Below, piece after piece: positions 19,160 to 27,578 of a DNA stretch of 37,282 nt (positions within the stretch are counted from its first letter, which is position 1; each line of letters begins with the position of its first letter). The notes beneath the pieces were generated by a model, which was not told where the DNA came from, did not search any database, and saw only the letters and a list, made by a program, of their open reading frames with translations. The stretch comes from Candidatus Hodarchaeaceae archaeon. Lineage in GTDB: Archaea > Hadarchaeota > Hadarchaeia > Hadarchaeales > Hadarchaeaceae. The stretch lies in NCBI GenBank assembly GCA_030018135.1, contig JASEGJ010000010.1, positions 1 to 37,282 on the forward strand, written 5' to 3'. The position numbers were made by a program, and so were the translations under genes.

Positions 19160-19200
19160 TTTGGAGCCCGCGACGCCGGTTCGAATCCGGCCGGGGCTAC
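19157..19200 (+). repeat. attR: intron-less 3' half of tRNA-Gln(UUG)
   Basis: GCCTTTGGAGCCCGCGACGCCGGTTCGAATCCGGCCGGGGCTAC. Confidence 0.92.
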
Positions 19201-19267
19201 TAAATTTTAGGAAAAGTCGCATTTTTTTCGCCGCACGTAAGCTTAATATCGGCGATGCGCAAGTAAA

Positions 19268-19492
19268 ATGAGGCGAGGGCTCATGGCCGTGGTTGAAAGG
19301 GGGTTAAGGAAGGTAGGGATAACGGTTTCCAAGCCGGTCTTGGCCACGACGTGCATCATCTTCGGGCTGCTGGTCATAATTTTTTCAGAACTCCTCCAGT
19401 GGATAGTCGGATTGTTCCTGATAACCCAGGGAATGCTCATATTGGCCGACTACATGAAACTCAAGAGGCACCAAGCACGCCTAACAGGCTGA
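19268..19492 (+). CDS. Small two-TM membrane protein (DUF3096-like)
   Basis: IIFGLLVIIFSELLQWIVGLFLITQG. Confidence 0.65.
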   Translation: MRRGLMAVVERGLRKVGITVSKPVLATTCIIFGLLVIIFSELLQWIVGLFLITQGMLILADYMKLKRHQARLTG

Positions 19493-19561
19493 ACTCGAAA
19501 CGGGTAGGCGACATGATTGTGGGGCGTTATGAAGCGCCACGCCCCAGCTGCCAGAATTTCG

Positions 19562-20248
19562 CTATACCAACATCAATTCGACCAATTCGTGGAGGTTTTT
19601 AGCCCGCCTTACCTCAATGCCGGGCGCCCTTGGCACGCCGGTTTGATTGGAGGCCACGATGAAAACTTTAAAGCCGGCCTCCTCGGCGACGCGCAGTTTC
19701 ACGTCGATCTCCCCGACAGGTCCGAGCCTGCCGTACCCGTCCAAGGTCGCGCTGACGATCGCATCTCGGCGCACTTCCCTATTTTCGATCGCGGCGACCA
19801 ACACGACCCCCATCGCGCCGCCAGCTGATGGGCCGGCGATGACCTCGACATCCGCCTCGATGGAGAAGACGACATCCGCTGAGGAGAGGTCAAAACCCGT
19901 CTCCCGCTCGGCGGCCAGTTTGGCGTTCCTAGCGGACTTCTGGGTGTCCTCGTTCTCGTAGGGCGGCACGCTGATGAGCACCCGTCCCTTGCCCAAGCCA
20001 AGCTCGACGGTAAGCGTTGCCAGCCTCCCCTCCCCCCGCCCCTGCTTGACGACGCCCACGATCGCCGTGGAGCGCGCGCTGACCCCGCCCTCCGCAAGCT
20101 CCAAGGGAGGTCTCGTGGCGTACCAGCTGGAGGCGAGCGTGCCGCCGAGGCAAAGGCCTATCAAGAAGGCGGCGACTAAAAGGCCCTTCAAACTCGACCC
20201 TTTTGCCCGGTGCAGCTCAAGCTGGTCCATGAGGCTCATGCGGGTCAC
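19562..20248 (-). CDS. Lon-C/S16-family serine protease, membrane-anchored
   Basis: GPSAG serine motif and GPVGEIDVK lysine; N-terminal TM. Confidence 0.85.
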   Translation of the reverse strand: MTRMSLMDQLELHRAKGSSLKGLLVAAFLIGLCLGGTLASSWYATRPPLELAEGGVSARSTAIVGVVKQGRGEGRLATLTVELGLGKGRVLISVPPYENEDTQKSARNAKLAAERETGFDLSSADVVFSIEADVEVIAGPSAGGAMGVVLVAAIENREVRRDAIVSATLDGYGRLGPVGEIDVKLRVAEEAGFKVFIVASNQTGVPRAPGIEVRRAKNLHELVELMLV

Positions 20249-20288
20249 ATAACCGCCAACCTAATTTAATAGTTGTCCAATCTTAAAT

Positions 20289-20741
20289 TTGGATTCCATG
20301 ATAAGATACACGGGACTAAAATTCCAAGTGGCGGTGGATGTGGCGTTCGTGTTCATTCTGGCGCCACTGTACTTCATCTTACGTTCAAACTTGCCCCTGT
20401 TACAACATGAGATTAAAGTGCTCTTCAGCGCCAGCTACGTAATACTTGCGTTGAGCATCCTAGTCCTCTTTCTAATTTTCGGGATGAACCCAAAGCTTTC
20501 GCTTTTGATTCACGTCGCCCTCTTCCCCATGCTGGGTGCCTTCTACCTCTTTCTGAAGTGGATGCCGGACGCGATCAGGAAGGTCGGGGGTGTGCCGCCT
20601 TACGGCTCCGATCCGGGGATGTTCTCGGCGAACATGCTGGCTTACCTGATAGTACTTTTTGGATATTTTATTGGCCAGCTCGTCCTTTACCTGCACGAGC
20701 AGAAGCTGGTGCCGGTACCATATTATCGGCCCATCGAATAG
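20289..20741 (+). CDS. Hypothetical 4-TM membrane protein
   Basis: Hydrophobic ORF filling the gap before the tRNA. Confidence 0.65.
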   Translation: MDSMIRYTGLKFQVAVDVAFVFILAPLYFILRSNLPLLQHEIKVLFSASYVILALSILVLFLIFGMNPKLSLLIHVALFPMLGAFYLFLKWMPDAIRKVGGVPPYGSDPGMFSANMLAYLIVLFGYFIGQLVLYLHEQKLVPVPYYRPIE

Positions 20742-20804
20742 GTGCGCGCGGATCGCCACATTGAGAAGCAAGCTTATTAAAAATGGAGGATACTCCTAAT
20801 CGGT

Positions 20805-20935
20805 AGCCCCGTGGGGTAGACCAGTAAAGCTGGGCCCAATGGTCAATCCTGGCGGACGCTTCACAAGGCCGCAATCTGGATCCGTCGACCCCGGTTCGAA
20901 ATCGCCCCGCGACGAAGTTCCGGGCGGGGCTACCA
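20805..20935 (+). tRNA. tRNA-Gln(CUG) with three non-canonical introns: 20820-20839 (15/16), 20858-20874 (32/33), 20901-20918 (58/59); CCA encoded
   Basis: Spliced product is a 76-nt cloverleaf with anticodon arm GCGGA-CT-CTG-GA-TCCGT; each intron has a BHB-like junction. Confidence 0.92.
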
Positions 20936-20943
20936 TTTGATCC

Positions 20944-21177
20944 CTAGACCTCGACCACGATCGCCGTGTTCGTATCGACGACGCCCTTGATCTTGTGGAT
21001 GCCCTCGACAACCGTGTTCGTCAGCTTCGCCAGATCCTTCGCCTCGACGAAGACGACGATATCGTACGGCCCCGTCACGACGTGCACGGACTTAACTCCG
21101 GCCAGGCGCTCGAGTTCCTTCGCGACTTGCCTGACCCTGCCGATTGCCGCGGTCACCAAGATATAAGCCTGTATCAC
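20944..21177 (-). CDS. Stand-alone Lrp/AsnC ligand-binding (RAM) domain protein
   Basis: AYILV...GVKSVHVVTGPYDIVVFVEA...IHKIKGVVDTNTAIV; GTG start after GGGGTGA. Confidence 0.88.
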   Translation of the reverse strand: MIQAYILVTAAIGRVRQVAKELERLAGVKSVHVVTGPYDIVVFVEAKDLAKLTNTVVEGIHKIKGVVDTNTAIVVEV

Positions 21178-21286
21178 TTGCTCACCCCGCCAATTCTTTG
21201 GCATAATGCTATTTATAAGAACCGCCTCGAGAAGACCACCGTTTTCAAACGGAGGATGAATCGATGGATTACTTTCGACGACCGCG

Positions 21287-21490
21287 TCACGTCGATTCCT
21301 TGATGTCGAGCTTTCGCTTAAGGACGAGCTCCACCGAGCGAACAACGCAGCCGCCCGCGCCTATCGCCTTCGCAACCTGCTCCTTTGGAACGTAGACGAC
21401 GAGCTGTTCACCCTGCTCCTCAATCTTATCGATCTTGACGTTCAACATTCGCTTTATCAGTTCGATAGTTTTCTCTTCCAAGTGACGCAA
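21287..21490 (-). CDS. Small NusA-like single KH-domain protein
   Basis: VAKAIGAGGCVVRSVELVLKRKLDIKE (GxxG KH motif). Confidence 0.7.
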   Translation of the reverse strand: MRHLEEKTIELIKRMLNVKIDKIEEQGEQLVVYVPKEQVAKAIGAGGCVVRSVELVLKRKLDIKEST

Positions 21491-21567
21491 CTCCCTTGCG
21501 ATGTTCTAATTCGGATTTAAAAAAGCTTATGCCGTCGGGTGGACGTCAAAAGTCGTTTGTTAGCTTT

Positions 21568-22278
21568 CTAAGCCGCCACCGTATACCCCCATGAAACCGC
21601 ATGCCATCCTCTGCGTTCTCTCGTCAATCTCTGGCAGAGCCCCGGAACATGTCCAGCGCCGACGACGCATACGATCCTCCCACTGCTCAGGGCGAGGAGC
21701 TCGGCGATCCTCGCCGCCATATATTCATTGCGCTCCTCGATGAGTACCTCGTAGGCGGCTGGCGACGCGCGTTTCAGCGAGGACAGAAGGTGGGAGAGGA
21801 CCTCATCCTCGGTAAGCTTGTCCAATTTCACACGCGGGCCAAAGGGTAGGAACCCCAGCAAGATTTCGGCCAAAAACTTCATCTTTTCCATCATCCCCGT
21901 TCGCCCCATGAGCCTCTCCAACGTTATCCCGATGTCGCGATCTATGAGTTCGACCCTAGCGCCGACCCTTTTCGCGCACTCGATCGCAGCAAGCATTTCC
22001 TCGCCGGCCGGTGTGCCCGTCTGGCGGGCAAACCTGTTTTGGAGGAGGTAGAGCAAGTTGTTTAGCATGAATAGCCCAAACCTCCGGGCGCGCAGCACCT
22101 CGAGCACGCTTGGCCGCGGGAGATCATGCGCGAGCGCTTCATACCGCCCACGGCAGAGTTCGACGGCCACGACCTCCGGTCGCTCGCGCTCGATCGCCCT
22201 TTCGGCCTCGACCCTGCTCTCTGGCAGGATGTGGGCCACGCCTACCAGGATGAGGCGGTCGTTCAGCCTTCTAAGCAC
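21568..22278 (-). CDS. TraB/PrgY-family protein
   Basis: LVGVAH, VAVELC..R, GEEM, IDRDI..TL, LIEERNEYM, VVGAGHVPG. Confidence 0.88.
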   Translation of the reverse strand: MLRRLNDRLILVGVAHILPESRVEAERAIERERPEVVAVELCRGRYEALAHDLPRPSVLEVLRARRFGLFMLNNLLYLLQNRFARQTGTPAGEEMLAAIECAKRVGARVELIDRDIGITLERLMGRTGMMEKMKFLAEILLGFLPFGPRVKLDKLTEDEVLSHLLSSLKRASPAAYEVLIEERNEYMAARIAELLALSSGRIVCVVGAGHVPGLCQRLTRERRGWHAVSWGYTVAA

Positions 22279-22930
22279 CTCGCCACCCCTTGACGCGATA
22301 GGTCAGGAGGAGATCGGCCCCGACGCGCCCGACGTTTTTTAGCTCGATTTCAACGCCATCGGAGACCTTGGCGAACCCCTCGCCGCCGACGAGGGTTCTG
22401 GCCGCCTCGCCCCCGACGATTCGAGGGGCGACCGCGACCCGCACCTCGTCCACCAGCCCCTGCCTGAGCATCCCCCAGTTCAGGGTCGAGCCCCCCTCGA
22501 GCAAGAGCTTGCGCACGCCCAGCGCGTACAGCCTCTCGAGAAGCATCGGCAGGTCGACCTCCTTGTCGCCGCCAACTATCACCCGCGCGCCCATCGCTCG
22601 AAGCTTCTCCACATTCCTCCTCGGCGCCCTCCTGCTCACCGCGACGATGGTCTGCGCCGAGCCATCCAGGACCTTAGCGCCTCGAGGGGTCTTCGCCAAG
22701 CTGTCCACCACAACTCGCATCGGGTTCTTGCCCCGCGTGCGCCTCACGGTGAGCGAGGGATCGTCGGCGAGCACCGTGCCCACGCCCACCATGACCGCAT
22801 CGACGCTCGCGCGGAGTCTATGGACGCGGTCGAGGTCCTCCTCGCAGGAGATCCTGCTATCGCCGGCGACGGTGGCGATCTTGCCGTCGAGCGTCATCGC
22901 CGCGTTGAGGACGACGTAAGGGCGGGCCAT
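22271..22930 (-). CDS. 2,5-diamino-6-ribosylamino-4(3H)-pyrimidinone 5'-phosphate reductase (ArfC/Rib7, RibD C-domain)
   Basis: AMTLDGKIAT, HRLRA..DAVMVGVGTVLADDPSLTVR, LLLEGG. Confidence 0.92.
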   Translation of the reverse strand: MARPYVVLNAAMTLDGKIATVAGDSRISCEEDLDRVHRLRASVDAVMVGVGTVLADDPSLTVRRTRGKNPMRVVVDSLAKTPRGAKVLDGSAQTIVAVSRRAPRRNVEKLRAMGARVIVGGDKEVDLPMLLERLYALGVRKLLLEGGSTLNWGMLRQGLVDEVRVAVAPRIVGGEAARTLVGGEGFAKVSDGVEIELKNVGRVGADLLLTYRVKGWRGA

Positions 22931-23117
22931 TCGCGAACCCCAGGGTTCAATAACTCGCCCGGGGCTCTTAAGGCTGTTTAGCCGTTATGGGCTTCCCGGA
23001 CCATTCGCATCCGAAAAAATAATAAGCACCCCTCACAAGTAGCCATCGCACGGTTAGGCGGTGATTTGCCGAAAAATGGGTGATGATCTCTCATAAGCTC
23101 AGATAGGAGGTGGCTGG

Positions 23118-23363
23118 ATGAAAAAGGCGTCCGAATACTACGGCATGCGCATTTACAGCGATCGAGCGCGTTACATCGGCGCGGTCGAGGATGTAGTGAT
23201 CGACGATAAGGAGGGTGCGGTGGTGGGGCTGGCTTTTGGCCGGAGGGAGGGCAAAGTGGCCTCTGTGCCCTACAGCAGCATTATGGCGATTGGCGACATC
23301 GTTCTCGTTCGAACCAAAAAGCCGACTGAACCAGGAGGGGCCGGTGTTGCTGCAGGAGTTTGA
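23118..23363 (+). CDS. PRC-barrel domain protein
   Basis: YGMRIYSDRARYIGAVEDVVID...VPYSSIMAIGDIVLV. Confidence 0.88.
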   Translation: MKKASEYYGMRIYSDRARYIGAVEDVVIDDKEGAVVGLAFGRREGKVASVPYSSIMAIGDIVLVRTKKPTEPGGAGVAAGV

Positions 23364-23889
23364 CGGCAAGCGACCGCGCATCCACCCCACAGCATTTGTC
23401 CACCCCGCCGCAGTCGTCATCGGTGATGTCACCATAGGGGAATACTCCAGCGTCTGGCCTGGTGCGGTCGTCCGGGGGGATTTTGCAAGCGTTAAGGTGG
23501 GCCGCTACACCTGCGTGCAGGACAATACCGTCGTCCACGCAGCCGACATCTATGAGGGTAAAACGGAGAAGTACTTGCCGGTCAAGATCGGCGACTACGT
23601 CATCGTCGGTCATAACGCGCTACTGCACGGCTGTGCGATAGCGAATGACTGCATAGTTGGCGCTGGCTCGATTGTGTTCAACGGCGCCAGGGTCCGCGAG
23701 GGGGCGCTCGTAGGCATGGGGGCGGTTGTGCTGGCGGATGTTGAGGTGCCCCCGCGCACCATCGTCATCGGCATACCGGCAAGACCCCTTCGGAGGTTGA
23801 CCGATGAGGAGTTCGGCAGGATCCGCGCACAGGCAAAAAACTACGCCAAGCTGGCGAGGCTGTACAAATCGTCCGGCGTAGAAGGTTAG
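23344..23889 (+). CDS. Gamma-class carbonic anhydrase/hexapeptide-repeat protein
   Basis: PRIHPTAFVHP..VIGDVTIG..SVWPGAVVRGD, VQDNTVVH, VGHNALLHGC; GTG start. Confidence 0.9.
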   Translation: MLLQEFDGKRPRIHPTAFVHPAAVVIGDVTIGEYSSVWPGAVVRGDFASVKVGRYTCVQDNTVVHAADIYEGKTEKYLPVKIGDYVIVGHNALLHGCAIANDCIVGAGSIVFNGARVREGALVGMGAVVLADVEVPPRTIVIGIPARPLRRLTDEEFGRIRAQAKNYAKLARLYKSSGVEG

Positions 23890-23979
23890 GTTACAATGCT
23901 TCAGTTTTTACTGTCATCTCCTTTTAGCGACTACGCCCGTCGGTAGCCCATTGAACCCATCGATCGCGTTTTAAGCCCT

Positions 23980-25059
23980 TCAGAGCGGCACAAACGTGGT
24001 CTCCAGTCGATCATGGGTTGGATATTCCTCGACTATGGCAAACTTTAGATTTGGCTCGAGCTTGGCCAGCTCTTCCGCGATGTACCAGGCCGTCTCGAGC
24101 CTGCATTTTTTTCTATCGACTGCCATTAGCTCGGCGGGGATGTCATAGCGCCTGATCAATCGCCTTCTCGTGGCCCTCAGCTCTGCTGCCGGCAGGTCGT
24201 AGATGATGCCCTTTATCAGCAACCCATCCTCGTTGATGACATCGTAGGGCATCGCGACATTTTTCGCCCTCCGCTTGAGCCTGTTGCGCAACTGCACGCC
24301 GTCCTTGAGCGCGCTTGGGCAGTAGTGGATGTTTAAGCGGGTGTTACGGGCCGCCCATTCAAGCACCCTTCGCGCGATCTCCTCGCTGCCCTTTACCGCC
24401 ATCGATTCATCTGACTTGATCTTGAAACCTCTAGCCTTTAGCGCCGCGAGGTTCGTGTCGGAGAACTCCAGCTCGTTCAAATTGACGAAGGGGCAACCGA
24501 TGCGATCCAGTTCGCGAAGCAACGCGATGGTATGCCTAAATTTGCCCGGTACCGCGGGAATTTCGACGCCGGCGCGGAGCCCGGCCTCCAACGCCCTTTG
24601 AACGGGCTCGTGCGACCAAGTGTGGAATCTGAGCTCGTCGAGCCCCGCCAGACGCAACCTGTGCAATTGCTTCGAGGACAGCTCGCCCCCCACGTACATG
24701 TGGACGTGATGACGTTTGCCGAACCTCCGCTTGAGGAGCCGAAGGTAGCGAAGGGCTCGTCCTAGCCGCAGGGATGGGTCGCCCCCAGTTAGGCCGGTGC
24801 CAAGCGCATCGATGAGTTCGGCTTCCTCGACGATATCTCGCTGAGACCTGACCGGGCGCTCGTTGGCGTAGATGACATCCTTGCCGCGGCGCCTATCCGA
24901 TAGCGGGCAATAAAAGCAGCCACGGGTGCAGAGCCCGGTGACAAACAGCACCAGCTTAGCGCCGCGTATGCAAAGTCGGCAGCCCTTTGGCATTCTTCCA
25001 AGCAGGATCGAGTTCGCGGGGGTGCGGACGACTCGGCGGCGCTGGTCACTCGCCCTCAT
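23980..25059 (-). CDS. Uncharacterised archaeal radical SAM protein
   Basis: GCRLC..GAKLVLFVTGLCTRGCFYCP, TGGDP, GLDELRFH, NLNELE, HYC. Confidence 0.88.
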   Translation of the reverse strand: MRASDQRRRVVRTPANSILLGRMPKGCRLCIRGAKLVLFVTGLCTRGCFYCPLSDRRRGKDVIYANERPVRSQRDIVEEAELIDALGTGLTGGDPSLRLGRALRYLRLLKRRFGKRHHVHMYVGGELSSKQLHRLRLAGLDELRFHTWSHEPVQRALEAGLRAGVEIPAVPGKFRHTIALLRELDRIGCPFVNLNELEFSDTNLAALKARGFKIKSDESMAVKGSEEIARRVLEWAARNTRLNIHYCPSALKDGVQLRNRLKRRAKNVAMPYDVINEDGLLIKGIIYDLPAAELRATRRRLIRRYDIPAELMAVDRKKCRLETAWYIAEELAKLEPNLKFAIVEEYPTHDRLETTFVPL

Positions 25060-25486
25060 GAACCCAGTACTCCCCGCTTTCCGTGACTTCCTTCTTCCAT
25101 ATCGGCACCTCCGTTTTTATGCGGTTCATGATCTTTTGGAGCGCGGAGAATACGTCGGATCGGTGCCTGCCACCCACGATGACATAAATGGCGTCATCCC
25201 CGGGCGTCAGGTCATCGATGATGTGGTGGATCATCACCCTCGAAATTTTCGGGTCCTTTTCCACATCCCTGGCTATTTGTTCGAGCTTTTTCACGGCATC
25301 CTCAGAGCACTCGTAGTGGAGTCGCTTCACCTCCTCGCCATCCTTCGACACATGCCTGACCACGCCGATGAAACAACCTATCGCGCCAACGTTCCCCCTG
25401 AGATCTTGCCTGAACTCTTCCAACAGCTTGGGCAGGTCAAGTTCGCCTTTCCGGTGGATCCCAACGTCGGCCATTGTTAGCCCCAA
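25046..25486 (-). CDS. moaE: Molybdopterin synthase catalytic subunit
   Basis: GAIGCFIGVVR, LHYE, GRHR, KTEVPIWKKE. Confidence 0.92.
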   Translation of the reverse strand: MGLTMADVGIHRKGELDLPKLLEEFRQDLRGNVGAIGCFIGVVRHVSKDGEEVKRLHYECSEDAVKKLEQIARDVEKDPKISRVMIHHIIDDLTPGDDAIYVIVGGRHRSDVFSALQKIMNRIKTEVPIWKKEVTESGEYWVHEGE

Positions 25487-25542
25487 TGGAACTAGTTCGT
25501 CCAGTTAAAATTAGCCTCCGACCAAGTTTTAGAAGTATATCG

Positions 25543-26559
25543 CTAAATGCCTTTGCAAACGGGGCAGTTTGGATCCCGGCGAACTTCGATTACGTCGAAC
25601 GTCATGTCCTCCCCGTTAAAGAACAGCATTTGTCCGACGAGCGGTTTGCCTATGCCCACGATGAGCTTGATAGCCTCCATCGCCTGAAGGCAGCCGATCG
25701 CGCCCGGCGTCGGACCCAGTACTGGGAAGGCGGGTTTCATGGGCGGTTCCCTCGGAATGATGCATCTCAAACACGGCCCCTTGCCCGGCAGGACGGTCGC
25801 GAGCTGGCCGATGAGCCCCTCGACGGCGCCGTGCACGAATGGCACGCGGTTGCGCACGCAGGCTTCGTTCAACAGGTAGCGCGTTGGATAGTTGTCCATG
25901 CCATCGATGACGACATCGGCGTCCTTGATGAGGGCACCCACATTTTTGTTCGTTATGACGTCGAGCTTGCTGTCTATTTCCACGCTCGGGTTCATGGCAA
26001 ACAACTTTTCGATCGCAGACCCAGCTTTTGACCGACCCACGTCGAGATGCCAATGCAGTATCTGGCGGTTGAGATTGCTGAGTTCGACTCGTTCAGCGTC
26101 GAGGATTGTCAGGTGCCCAACGCCGGCAGCGACCAAGTATACCGAGGCGGGACTGCCGAGGCCCCCCAAGCCAGCCACGAGCACGTGCGCGGCCTTCAGC
26201 TTTCGCTGTCCCTCCTTGCCAAATCCGCGAATCATCATCTGCCGATTGTAGCGCTCGAGTTCCTCCGGCGTGAACGATGCTCCGCCCGATACCGGCGGAA
26301 AGATCGCCACGATGTCGCCATCTTTTAGCCCCGTCTTCAACCCGCTGAGCAGGTTTATGCCGCGGCCGTTCACCAGAATGTGGACGGTATCGCGCAGCTT
26401 TCCAGTCCTTGGCTCATAGAGTTGTTCAGCTAGCCTTTCCCCAAACTTACGGACGAGCTCCTCGAGCAGGGAAGCTACATCCTCTACGCCATCGATGTCC
26501 TCTTGTTCCTTCCCAACGGCCTCGCGGAAGTTCGCGAAGAACTTCACCTTGATAGCCAA
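25543..26559 (-). CDS. Fusion of ubiquitin-like MoaD/SAMP and MoeB/ThiF/UbaA E1-like enzyme
   Basis: KVKFFA...IFPPVSGG joined in frame to ERYNRQ..GLGGLG..SNLNRQ..DN..TR..CLRC..CPVC. Confidence 0.92.
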   Translation of the reverse strand: MAIKVKFFANFREAVGKEQEDIDGVEDVASLLEELVRKFGERLAEQLYEPRTGKLRDTVHILVNGRGINLLSGLKTGLKDGDIVAIFPPVSGGASFTPEELERYNRQMMIRGFGKEGQRKLKAAHVLVAGLGGLGSPASVYLVAAGVGHLTILDAERVELSNLNRQILHWHLDVGRSKAGSAIEKLFAMNPSVEIDSKLDVITNKNVGALIKDADVVIDGMDNYPTRYLLNEACVRNRVPFVHGAVEGLIGQLATVLPGKGPCLRCIIPREPPMKPAFPVLGPTPGAIGCLQAMEAIKLIVGIGKPLVGQMLFFNGEDMTFDVIEVRRDPNCPVCKGI

Positions 26560-26842
26560 TGTGCCACCAGCCCACGGTTGGGTTCGATCAATTATAAGTT
26601 TAGAGGGTAGGGTTTTCGGCAGTCATGTTAATGAAACAGTGGTCGGCGGGGGCTGGGGAATGCCTATATTTACCTATCGGTAAAGGGTTGTCCGAGGGGG
26701 AGCATAGATGTCGGCGCGAGGCTTCTCGGGCATAAAAATTTCAGCTTCGTGTGGAAGGTTCAAGCGGGATCGAGTAGCATCGCGCTTAAGACGAAGAGGC
26801 TATGGCCAAGAGATCCCCCGCGGGGCATAGGAGGGGTGGAAA

Positions 26843-27385
26843 ATGGCAGGGGTAAAAACACAAATTCAAAACATAGTGCTGTCCGTCACCTACGAGGGCA
26901 TAGAGTTCAACCTCGAGAAGCTGGCGAAGTCCCTGGACGGGGCGAGGTACGACCCGGAGGTCTTTCCGGGCATAGCGTATAAGTCGGAGGATCCTTCGGC
27001 GTCATTTCTCATCTTCTCATCGGGCAAGATGAACTGCGTCGGCGCAAGAAGCATGAACGACGCCAGGCAGGCGATAAAGAAGCTGACGAAGAAGCTCAGA
27101 AAGGCCAGCGTCAAGGTAAAATCCGAGCCGAAGGTCGAGGTTCAAAATATGGTCGCTTCCTTTGACTTCGGAAGGGAGTTCGACCTCGAGCGAATCGCAC
27201 GAAGTTTTGAGAACACCGAGTACGAGCCCGAGGTCTTTCCGGGGCTCGTCTTCAGGCTCGACGATCCTCCTGTCGTAGTGCTGCTATTCGTGTCGGGGAA
27301 GGGCGTCTGCGCTGGCGCTAAGAGCATGAGGGACGTAAAAAAGGCGGCACAAAAGATAACTAAATTACTTTCCCGCCGAGCATAG
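26843..27385 (+). CDS. tbp: TATA-box binding protein
   Basis: Two repeats: IQNIV..YDPEVFPG..LIFSSGKMNCVGA / VQNMVAS..YEPEVFPGL..LLFVSGKGVCAGA. Confidence 0.96.
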   Translation: MAGVKTQIQNIVLSVTYEGIEFNLEKLAKSLDGARYDPEVFPGIAYKSEDPSASFLIFSSGKMNCVGARSMNDARQAIKKLTKKLRKASVKVKSEPKVEVQNMVASFDFGREFDLERIARSFENTEYEPEVFPGLVFRLDDPPVVVLLFVSGKGVCAGAKSMRDVKKAAQKITKLLSRRA

Positions 27386-27419
27386 TGGCCCAGTTTGCCC
27401 CGCAGCTCCCACAGAATTT

Positions 27420-27474
27420 TATAACAACGTTATATTTATAAGGGGGGGGTTTATCGAAGTATAACGGTGTGATA
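27420..27474 (+). promoter_or_regulatory. TATA box flanked by two ATAAC-N3-GTTAT operators (27420-27434 perfect; 27460-27474 one mismatch)
   Basis: TATAACAACGTTATA, TTTATAA, TATAACGGTGTGATA. Confidence 0.65.
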
Positions 27475-27488
27475 GAGGAGGTAATCCA

Positions 27489-27518
27489 ATGAGGAATAGC
27501 CTTTGCGCCTGCTGCTGA
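27489..27518 (+). CDS. Putative Cys-rich micro-peptide MRNSLCACC
   Basis: GAGGAGGT RBS (27475-27482) 6 nt before the ATG; own TATA and operators; hairpin downstream. Confidence 0.5.
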   Translation: MRNSLCACC

Positions 27519-27578
27519 TGCGTCGGGAGATAGGCCTTTTTCCTCCCAATTACCATCAACCGAAAACGAATTGTGTTC

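Larger units (their letters stand above)
16643..19200. mobile_element. ~2.5-kb SSV-type integrative element; attL 16643-16705 (in the tRNA), attR 19157-19200
   Basis: Direct repeat of the tRNA 3' half (14-bp identical core GCCTTTGGAGCCCG, 3 mismatches plus the intron difference); tyrosine integrase split across the att sites. Confidence 0.9.

Noticed and set aside
19157-19202. attR fragment as the 3' half of a trans-spliced split tRNA
   Set aside because: No complementary leader or own promoter; it abuts an integrase and is fully explained as an att site
18332-19222. Integrase starting at ATG 19222, as in the ORF track
   Set aside because: That ATG lies outside attR in flanking DNA; the N-terminus is better explained by int(N) at the other att site
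23215-23343. N-terminal extension of the gamma-CA ORF (likewise 21178-21345 of the Lrp ORF)
   Set aside because: Overlaps neighbouring genes; RBS-supported downstream GTG starts fit the family lengths
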